Source: an uncultured Candidatus Nitrotoga sp. (GTDB lineage Bacteria; Pseudomonadota; Gammaproteobacteria; Burkholderiales; Gallionellaceae). Taken from it: a stretch of 48,074 nt of DNA. The DNA lies in NCBI GenBank assembly GCA_964589845.1, contig CAZPUT010000001.1:1-48074 (forward strand), given 5' to 3'. A program made the position numbers and the translations under genes. Numbering within the stretch: the first letter of the stretch is position 1; every line of letters starts with the position of its first letter. This document shows, piece after piece, positions 40,779 to 48,074 of this stretch. The notes beneath the pieces are model-generated. The model was not told the DNA's origin and did not search any database. It was given only the letters and a program-made list of their open reading frames with translations.

Positions 40779-41303
40779 ATGAAAATCAGCAAAGTCTGCG
40801 TTCTTGTTTCCTCATTAATCACAGCCGGCTTCTTGTCTGCTCCAGCTTTTGCTGCGGATAAAAATCCTCTGACCGGTTATACAATTCATGTTACGGCGCC
40901 ACATGTCATGGACGGGGAAATTATCGGGCCATTTCATCATTACTGCAAACCAATCAATGACGACGTTATTCAATGCATCTTGTTCGAATCAACTGATCCG
41001 AATGCTCGCCTGACCGAAATCGAATATATGGTTTCCAAAAAACTGACCGGATCGGCCATACCGAAATGGCAGCATACGCAAAACTGGCACGATCACAAGC
41101 AAGAGATAGAAACCGGTCGCGTTGCCATAGTGAATCCATCTGACCCGAAAGAGCAAAAAGGGTTGGCGGATTATGTTGGTGGAACCGATGGCATCATTTT
41201 CCATCTGTGGCCTAAAGACGCGCCCATTCCAGACGGTACTGTCGGCATTCCTCAATCAGTTGGACATTGGGAAGAGCTACATGGAAAAATTGGTAAAAAA
41301 TAG
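40779..41303 (+). CDS. Secreted DUF1264/OBAP-family protein
   Basis: Sec signal ending in AFA, then FHHYCK...IQCILFESTDPNARLTEIEY...NWHDHKQE...IFHLW. Confidence 0.75.
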   Translation: MKISKVCVLVSSLITAGFLSAPAFAADKNPLTGYTIHVTAPHVMDGEIIGPFHHYCKPINDDVIQCILFESTDPNARLTEIEYMVSKKLTGSAIPKWQHTQNWHDHKQEIETGRVAIVNPSDPKEQKGLADYVGGTDGIIFHLWPKDAPIPDGTVGIPQSVGHWEELHGKIGKK

Positions 41304-41389
41304 TTATATTTGATTTATTCAAGAGACACGGGGTTTGTCCATGACAGGATGAGCACTGTGTCTTTTGATTTTGTATGTGAGGTGATGTC

Positions 41390-41824
41390 ATGTTTTTTTT
41401 AAAGAAAAATATGTGGATATGGATTGCTATCTTTATGAGCATCGTCTCGCAAAGCACATTGGCTTTTCACAAGGACGTGTATGAGCCGCGTGTACCCAAG
41501 GCAATTCTTACGCAGGAACAGCAAGTAAAAAGCCCTTATCCCGTAACACCAGAACACATTGAAGCAGGCCGTAAAATTTATTTTGGAGAAGGTTTTTGCG
41601 TAACTTGCCATAGCAAGGATGGCACAGGTGTCAATCTACCCGGACATGCTCCGCGTGATTTTACCGATGCGAAATGGCAGAAACTTCGCACAGATGGGGA
41701 ATTAATGTGGGTTTTAAAGCATGGTAGCCCGGGAACCGGGATGCCAATTCGTGTGGGAACGGATATAAACGAGGAAGATGGTTGGAATGTGATTCAATTT
41801 ATACGTACCTTCGAGGGCAAGTAG
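41390..41824 (+). CDS. Mono-haem cytochrome c
   Basis: GAGGTG RBS, signal peptide, CVTCH haem motif and PRDFTD...GSPGTGMP. Confidence 0.9.
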   Translation: MFFLKKNMWIWIAIFMSIVSQSTLAFHKDVYEPRVPKAILTQEQQVKSPYPVTPEHIEAGRKIYFGEGFCVTCHSKDGTGVNLPGHAPRDFTDAKWQKLRTDGELMWVLKHGSPGTGMPIRVGTDINEEDGWNVIQFIRTFEGK

Positions 41825-42026
41825 GCGGTTTTCTTTCAATAACAAGGCACCCCCCCTCATCAAGTTTGTAAATTCACCTCTGCCCACCATGGACATAGGG
41901 CGTTCGTATATTATTAATACCTCCAGGATAATAATTTGCATCCTGAATAGGAAGACGCAGCTGGAGCCTGCGCCGCAAATAACACATCGTGATCAGATAT
42001 AGACCAGAGGAAATTGGACCATTTAT

Positions 42027-43325
42027 ATGGCGAAAAAAATAGCGGCAGGGATAGTACTGCTAGGAATCGTCATTCTGGCCTGGTATCTCATCAGTCAGCG
42101 CATTTCTATTTCATGGCGTCATACTCAAACTGCAACTCCCGGTATCAAGACCTTATCTTTATCTGATATCAGCAAAGCCGGACAGGAAAAAATCTGGATT
42201 TGCCCGATGCACCCAGAGATCATGCAAAACCATCCGGGCACTTGCCCGATTTGCGGCATGGATCTGGTTCAGTCAAAAGATTCCGCAGTTCACGACCACG
42301 GAATTCATATCGATACTGCATCCATCCAGAAGCTTGGTGTCAGGTTGGAAAGTGTAAAGAAAGCCCCGCTCAGCCAGGAAATCCGCACTTATGGCAACGT
42401 AATAGTCGATGGGGATACTCTTTATAATGTCCATACCAAGGTCGATGGCTGGATAAAAAAGCTAAATATCAATTCGGTCGGACAGCAGATTCACAAAGGG
42501 CAAATAATCTACGAGATCTATTCTCCCGATTTGATTGCACAACAAAAAGAGTATTTGAGGTTTGTGGTGCGCCGTGATCAGACGTTAAAAACGATAGGTG
42601 ACATTTCTCCATTAGTGGAAAATCCATATGTGATGGATCTGCTACAAGAGCTTTCCAGAGAAAGAACTAAATTTCTCCATAAAGATATTGGCATTGAATC
42701 CGTTCAACAAATCGAGAGTTCCAAGCAAGCCATTGAGGTGGTTAAAATACTGGCTGGTCAGGCAGGTGTCGTGACACAAATTAATGCACGCGAAGGTAAC
42801 TTTGTCACGCCTTCCGCCACCCTGTTTACGCTGGCCGATGTCTCCAAGGTATGGGTTGATATCACGCTTTATCCCGACCAAGCTGGTCGAGTAAAGAATG
42901 GCGATGCAGTGACCATAAAAACCCCCGATGGGCAAGATATCAAAACCAAGCTCGACTTTATCAACCCCATCGCCGAAAACAATAAAATCAGCGCAAGGGT
43001 AACGCTTAATAATACCAACCTGCGTTTGCGTCCGGGCAGCTTTGTCGACGTAATCATCCACGCCCAGCCGCACGAAGCACTCGTTTTGCCCCGCTCGTCA
43101 GTCATCCACACTGGACAGGGCGACTTGGTAATCTTGTCCAGAGGAGAGGGGCACTTCCTCCCGGTTAATATCGAGACCGGGATCGAAAGCGGGGACTGGA
43201 TCGAGGTTGTCGATGGCCTCTTGGAAGGCGCAGAAGTGGCTGTAAACGGCCAGTTCCTGCTGGATGCAGCATCGTCGCTGCATGATGCCGCGCAACGCAT
43301 GCAGGAATCGCACAAGCACCAATGA
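42027..43325 (+). CDS. cusB: RND periplasmic adaptor, CusB-like, with heavy-metal-binding domain
   Basis: WICPMHPEI...CPICGMDL metal-binding domain, GWIKKL...EIYSPDL and VAVNGQFLLDA. Confidence 0.88.
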   Translation: MAKKIAAGIVLLGIVILAWYLISQRISISWRHTQTATPGIKTLSLSDISKAGQEKIWICPMHPEIMQNHPGTCPICGMDLVQSKDSAVHDHGIHIDTASIQKLGVRLESVKKAPLSQEIRTYGNVIVDGDTLYNVHTKVDGWIKKLNINSVGQQIHKGQIIYEIYSPDLIAQQKEYLRFVVRRDQTLKTIGDISPLVENPYVMDLLQELSRERTKFLHKDIGIESVQQIESSKQAIEVVKILAGQAGVVTQINAREGNFVTPSATLFTLADVSKVWVDITLYPDQAGRVKNGDAVTIKTPDGQDIKTKLDFINPIAENNKISARVTLNNTNLRLRPGSFVDVIIHAQPHEALVLPRSSVIHTGQGDLVILSRGEGHFLPVNIETGIESGDWIEVVDGLLEGAEVAVNGQFLLDAASSLHDAAQRMQESHKHQ

Positions 43326-46300
43326 TTGCACGCGTTATATCCTGGTCATTACGTAACCATCTGCTGGTTTTGCTGCTTGCAGCTTTAATCAGCGCCTGGG
43401 GGATTTACTCCTTGCGTCATACCGCACTGGACGCAATTCCTGATCTCTCTGATGTTCAGGTCATCATCAAAACCACTTACCCCGGCCAATCACCACAAGC
43501 GGTGGAAGACCAGGTGACCTATCCGCTTACCTCGGCGCTACTGTCGGTCCCCGGTTCTACTGCGGTTCGCGGCTTTTCCATGTTCGGCGAGTCGTTTATT
43601 TACATCATTTTCAAGGATGGAACTGATCCATACTGGGCGCGCACGCGCGTGCTCGAATACCTGAGCCAGATGGCGGGGAAACTGCCGCCCGGCGTTACAC
43701 CGGCACTCGGGCCTGATGCATCCGGCGTAGGCTGGATTTTTGAATATGCGTTAACAGATCGGCAGCACCGCCACGACCCTGACCAATTGCGCGCGCTACA
43801 GGATTTTTTCCTAAAATATGAATTGCAAAGTTTGCCCGGTGTCGCCGAAGTGGCGAGTATTGGTGGCATGGTGCGGCAATACCAGATCGAAGTAAGTCCG
43901 ACCCGACTGGCCGCGTATAAACTGACACTGGACAAAGTGGCGCAATCAGTGCGCGACAGCAACCTGTCCGGCGGCGGCTCAGTGGTAGAAATGGGACGCG
44001 CCGAATACATGATCAGGGCGCGCGGCTACCTCAAAACGTTGGATGATTTCCGGCAAATTCCTCTCGGCACAGACGCACAAGGCATCCCCATCCGCTTGCA
44101 GGACGTGGCGCATGTCCAGACTGGGCCGGAGGCGCGCCGTGGCGTTGTTGATCTCGACGGCGAGGGTGAGGTAGTAGGCGGAATCGTCGTGATGCGCTAC
44201 GGCAACAACGCACTGGAAACGATAGAGCGGGTCAAGACACGCTTGCAAGAACTGAAAGCAGGATTGCCCCAAGGAGTGGAATTAGTCGTCACCTATGACC
44301 GCTCTGGCCTGATCAAACGCGCCATCAGCACCCTGCGCGAGAAACTGATCGAGGAATCACTGGCGGTCGCGCTGGTCTGCCTGCTGTTCCTGTTTCACCT
44401 GCGTTCATCGCTGGTGGCAGTCGTAACATTACCCATCGGCATCCTGGCCGCTTTCATCATCATGCAACAACAGGGCGTCAGTGCCAACATCATGTCGCTG
44501 GGCGGCATCGCCATCGCCATTGGCGCAATGGTCGATGCTGCCATTGTGATGATCGAAAACATGCATAAGCATCTGGAGCGTGCCGGAGCCAACCCCGATT
44601 ACTGGCAGGTAGTGAAAGCAAGTTCACTGGAAGTAGGCCCAGCCCTGTTCTTCTCGCTGCTGGTAATCACCATCTCCTTCCTGCCGGTGTTAACGCTGGA
44701 CGGGCAGGAAGGCAGGCTATTCGCCCCTCTCGCCTACACAAAAACTTATGCAATGGCCGCCAGCGCATTCCTGGCGATAACGCTCACACCGGTACTGATG
44801 GGTTATTTCATTCGCGGGCGAATTCGCCCGGAACAGCGCAATCCATTGAACCGCGCATTACAAGCCCTGTACCGGCCAGTATTGCTGGCCGCCTTAAGCA
44901 AACGCAAGTTGACCATACTCGCCACGCTATTGCTATTGGCTACCGTGGCATGGCCGCTAGCCAAACTGGGCAGCGAATTCATGCCGCCACTGTATGAAGG
45001 CGACCTGCTGTATATGCCAACAACCTTGCCCGGCTTGTTCGTAGACGAGGCAGCCAATATTTTGCAAATCACGGACCGCCTGATCCGCGCCCTGCCGGAA
45101 GTCGAGCGAGTATTCGGCAAGGCCGGACGCGCCGATACGGCGACCGATCCGGCGCCACTTTCAATGCTGGAAACCACCATTATGCTGAAGCCGCGTGACC
45201 AATGGCCACCGGGAGAAACGGTGGAGCAATTGATACACAAGCTTGATGATCAAGTGCGCTTACCAGGGCTCACCAACTCCTGGGGCTACCCGATCCGCAC
45301 CCGCATAGACATGCTTTCCACAGGCATCAGAACGCCGCTGGGAATTAAAGTCACCGGCCCGGATTTGGCTGGCATCGCTCAGCTAGCTCAACAAATCGCG
45401 GCGGCGATCAAGAACGTGCCCGGTACGCGCACTGTATTCGCTGAGCGTGCCACTGGCGGGCGTTATCTCGACATTGACATTAACCGGGCTCAAGCCGCAC
45501 GTTATGGCGTTACCGTAGCCGATGTGCAGCGACTAGTGCAAGGCGCAATCGGTGGCGAAAACATCGGCACGGTGATTGATGGACGCGAACGCTTCCAGAT
45601 TAATCTGCGCTATCCGCGTACCCTGCGCGATTCCTTGCCAGCACTGGCGGCCAGCCGAATCACCATGCCTTCCGGCGCGCAAGTACCGCTGGGCGAATTG
45701 GCGCATTTGCACTTCAGTGAAGGGGCTTCGGAAATCAAAAGCGAAAATGCGCGTTTGTCCGCCTATGTATACATCGACATCACCGGTCGCGATCTCGGCG
45801 GTTATGTGAACGAAGCCAAGCGCATACTGGAAAAATCGGTGACATTGCCGCCCGGTTACGCCATTGCCTGGTCGGGACAGTACGTGAATTTGCAACACGC
45901 CAAAGAACGCATGCAGTGGGTCATCCCGCTGACGCTGATACTGGCGGTCTTGTTGCTATACATGCATTTCCGCCATTTTGGCAAAGTGCTGCTGGTGCTG
46001 TTGTGCCTGCCATTCTCCCTGATCGGCGGCTTCTGGCTGGTATACGCGTTGGGATATAACTTATCGGTGGCAGTAGCGGTGGGCTTCATTGCGCTGGCTG
46101 GTGTAGCCGCTGAATTTGGCGTAGTCATGCTGCTGTATCTTGATAATGCCATCGAAGATTTACGCCGCGCCGGACGCCTGAACAACCGTCATGATTTGCA
46201 CCAAGCCATCATCCAGGGAGCACTGCTACGCATCCGCCCAAAAATGATGACCGTCTCGGTAATTGTGGCGGGCTTGTTGCCGGTGATGTTCAGCGAAGGT

Positions 46301-46432
46301 GCCGGTGCAGAAGTCATGAAACGCATTGCCGCGCCGTTAGTAGGCGGCATGCTTACGGCACCGCTGTTATCGCTAATCGTGATTCCAGTTCTATATTCGT
46401 GGTGGCAAGGGCGGGGTATGGCGAAGGACTGA
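43322..46432 (+). CDS. cusA: Heavy-metal efflux RND permease, CusA-like (Cu+/Ag+)
   Basis: Motifs DAIPDLSDVQV and GAMVDAAIVMIEN. The Met triad equivalents LLYMP, PLSMLET and RIDMLSTG are present. Confidence 0.93.
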   Translation: MIARVISWSLRNHLLVLLLAALISAWGIYSLRHTALDAIPDLSDVQVIIKTTYPGQSPQAVEDQVTYPLTSALLSVPGSTAVRGFSMFGESFIYIIFKDGTDPYWARTRVLEYLSQMAGKLPPGVTPALGPDASGVGWIFEYALTDRQHRHDPDQLRALQDFFLKYELQSLPGVAEVASIGGMVRQYQIEVSPTRLAAYKLTLDKVAQSVRDSNLSGGGSVVEMGRAEYMIRARGYLKTLDDFRQIPLGTDAQGIPIRLQDVAHVQTGPEARRGVVDLDGEGEVVGGIVVMRYGNNALETIERVKTRLQELKAGLPQGVELVVTYDRSGLIKRAISTLREKLIEESLAVALVCLLFLFHLRSSLVAVVTLPIGILAAFIIMQQQGVSANIMSLGGIAIAIGAMVDAAIVMIENMHKHLERAGANPDYWQVVKASSLEVGPALFFSLLVITISFLPVLTLDGQEGRLFAPLAYTKTYAMAASAFLAITLTPVLMGYFIRGRIRPEQRNPLNRALQALYRPVLLAALSKRKLTILATLLLLATVAWPLAKLGSEFMPPLYEGDLLYMPTTLPGLFVDEAANILQITDRLIRALPEVERVFGKAGRADTATDPAPLSMLETTIMLKPRDQWPPGETVEQLIHKLDDQVRLPGLTNSWGYPIRTRIDMLSTGIRTPLGIKVTGPDLAGIAQLAQQIAAAIKNVPGTRTVFAERATGGRYLDIDINRAQAARYGVTVADVQRLVQGAIGGENIGTVIDGRERFQINLRYPRTLRDSLPALAASRITMPSGAQVPLGELAHLHFSEGASEIKSENARLSAYVYIDITGRDLGGYVNEAKRILEKSVTLPPGYAIAWSGQYVNLQHAKERMQWVIPLTLILAVLLLYMHFRHFGKVLLVLLCLPFSLIGGFWLVYALGYNLSVAVAVGFIALAGVAAEFGVVMLLYLDNAIEDLRRAGRLNNRHDLHQAIIQGALLRIRPKMMTVSVIVAGLLPVMFSEGAGAEVMKRIAAPLVGGMLTAPLLSLIVIPVLYSWWQGRGMAKD

Positions 46433-46462
46433 TGCAGGGTTCAGCGATAACTTGTAATGAGT

Positions 46463-47221
46463 TTATTGAAAGAAAGACATCCGCATGACAAGCTTCGCCA
46501 AAAGCTCATAACAAACGTAGTAACTCGCCTGCAAACCTCCGATGCCAGGCAAATAATCCGACGGCCATTCGAGGTCGCCATTTAAAATTCCGGTAGGGGC
46601 CGCAATCACCGGCAACCCCGATTTAGCGAATTCCGCTTTTGCCCGTGGCATGTCAAAGCTGTGCGTGACGAGCACGACTTGCCGAATGTTCTCTTTTGCC
46701 AGTATCGCAGCAGAGAATTCCGCATTCTCGCGCGTGTTTCGTGATTTATCTTCGCTCCAACGAACCTTAATTCCGAACTCGTTTTCCAGCGCTTCCCGCA
46801 TTAACTTTGCTTCCGTTTCACCACTTAGTACCGATCCACCGGCGACCAGCACCGGCAACCCGGTATTCTTCGCGACCCGCGCGCCGTAGCGCACGCGCTC
46901 TAGGGTCAGCCGCCCCAATGTGTCCCCACCGTACTCCAACGCATTGTTGCGAATTCCGCCACCGAGGATCACGATGGCTTGGGCGCGTCGCGCTTCTTTG
47001 AGGTCAAGCGGAAGCGATGTGTCGAGAAAATGCATCAATTGATACGAAGCAAAGGGGGTAGACAGTGCAAGCAGATAGACCGTCGCAATGATTGCGATTG
47101 CTCTGCCTGTGCGCGGAAATAAACGTATCAGAAACAGACCAGCGAGAATGATTAATAGCAGCCCTGTGGGGGGCAGAATAATCGTCTTGGCGATTGCCTT
47201 GAGCAGAAAAATATCAGGCAT
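46463..47221 (-). CDS. YdcF/DUF218 (ElyC-like) membrane protein
   Basis: Motifs AIVILGGG, EDKSRNTRENA and LVTHSFDMPRA. Confidence 0.88.
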   Translation of the reverse strand: MPDIFLLKAIAKTIILPPTGLLLIILAGLFLIRLFPRTGRAIAIIATVYLLALSTPFASYQLMHFLDTSLPLDLKEARRAQAIVILGGGIRNNALEYGGDTLGRLTLERVRYGARVAKNTGLPVLVAGGSVLSGETEAKLMREALENEFGIKVRWSEDKSRNTRENAEFSAAILAKENIRQVVLVTHSFDMPRAKAEFAKSGLPVIAAPTGILNGDLEWPSDYLPGIGGLQASYYVCYELLAKLVMRMSFFQ

Positions 47222-47427
47222 GATTTATAGTATTGTGATTGAGATAAATTGTAGGGGACGGTATTGCATTCTTTTCTCTACAGGATCCGGGAGTGTTGCT
47301 GAACAGTTAAAATGAGGCTCCCTTTTTTGGTACCAGAGAGGCCGATTCATCTAGCCATGGCTCTATCCACTTATAATGTGGAAGCCTGGTGAAGGCGAAC
47401 CCAGTGGCTGTGACAAGGTTTATGACG

Positions 47428-47501
47428 TGGAGCGGGCGATGGGAATCGAACCCACTGCTCTAGCTTGGGAAGCTAGGGTATTACCTTTATACGACGCCCG
47501 C
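47428..47501 (-). tRNA. tRNA-Gly (anticodon CCC)
   Basis: GCGGGCGTCGTATAAAGGTAATACCCTAGCTTCCCAAGCTAGAGCAGTGGGTTCGATTCCCATCGCCCGCTCCA: 74 nt with acceptor stem, anticodon arm, TTCGA loop and encoded CCA. Confidence 0.97.
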
Positions 47502-47536
47502 ATGTAGAATAGATGTTACCTTAACACGACCAGAAT

Positions 47537-47746
47537 TTGAAAGTGATTTCAGTCTCAATTAACGGCGAAGTTCGCCAATTCGATAATCCTATTTCCGTCG
47601 CTACGCTCCTCGAACAGATGCATCTGACGGGCAAGCGTATTGCGCTGGAACGCAACGGTGAAATCTTGCCGCGCGGACAATTCAACCAACAACTGCTGGC
47701 AGATGGCGACCGACTTGAAATTGTTGTCGCAGTCGGCGGTGGTTAA
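47537..47746 (+). CDS. thiS: Sulfur carrier protein ThiS
   Basis: IALERNGEI...GDRLEIVVAVGGG C-terminus, directly upstream of thiG. Confidence 0.95.
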   Translation: MKVISVSINGEVRQFDNPISVATLLEQMHLTGKRIALERNGEILPRGQFNQQLLADGDRLEIVVAVGGG

Positions 47747-47761
47747 TCACGGAACACATTA

Positions 47762-48074
47762 ATGAACAAAGACACATTGCTCATCGCGGGCAAAAGCTAT
47801 AACTCGCGCCTGTTAATTGGCACCGGCAAATACAAGGATTTTACCGAGACGCAGGCGGCGGTGGAGGCCAGTGGCGCCGAGATTATCACCATCGCTATCC
47901 GTCGCAGCAACATCGGGCAAAATCCAAACGAGCCGAATCTGCTGGATGTTCTTCCGCCATCGAAATATACCCTGCTGCCCAACACGGCGGGGTGCTACAG
48001 CGCAGACGACGCCGTGCGCACGCTGCGACTCGCACGCGAGCTGCTTAACGGGCATAGTCTGGTCAAGCTGGAGG
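47762..48074 (+). CDS. thiG: Thiazole synthase ThiG (5' part, runs off the window)
   Basis: Manual translation, absent from the ORF track: [24 protein letters not shown]...[25 protein letters not shown]...VKLE. Confidence 0.95.
   Translation, partial: MNKDTLLIAGKSYNSRLLIGTGKYKDFTETQAAVEASGAEIITIAIRRSNIGQNPNEPNLLDVLPPSKYTLLPNTAGCYSADDAVRTLRLARELLNGHSLVKLE

Overview
A 48-kb chromosomal window from a betaproteobacterium. The gene content (tkt-gap-pgk-pyk-fba, ncgABC-nirK, moderate GC) suggests a chemolithoautotroph, perhaps Gallionellaceae/Ca. Nitrotoga-like; this taxonomy is inference only. From left to right it holds: an AT-rich PIN-domain gene; a very long AsmA protein with three internal repeats; a tightly coupled CHASE2 (apparently dead cyclase domain)-SH3-M48 peptidase operon; and a Xps-like type II secretion cluster (gspEFGHIJKLM-N/C-D, minus strand) interrupted by an AT-rich ung gene. 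Next come the aroQ-accB-accC-prmA-DUF3426 operon, an AbrB/PIN toxin-antitoxin pair whose toxin looks degenerate, the tkt-gap-pgk-pyk-fba operon, ppk2 and wrbA-doxX. After a decayed IS630 fragment lies an NsrR-boxed ncgABC-nirK operon, then a secreted DUF1264 protein with a cytochrome c, cusBA, a DUF218 gene, tRNA-Gly(CCC), thiS and the start of thiG. The best candidates for undescribed biology are the CHASE2-pseudocyclase/SH3/M48 module, the DUF1264-cytochrome c pair between nirK and cusBA, and a 21-bp palindromic motif found at identical promoter spacing upstream of wrbA and DUF1264. All family calls come from motif recognition by eye; no database search was run.
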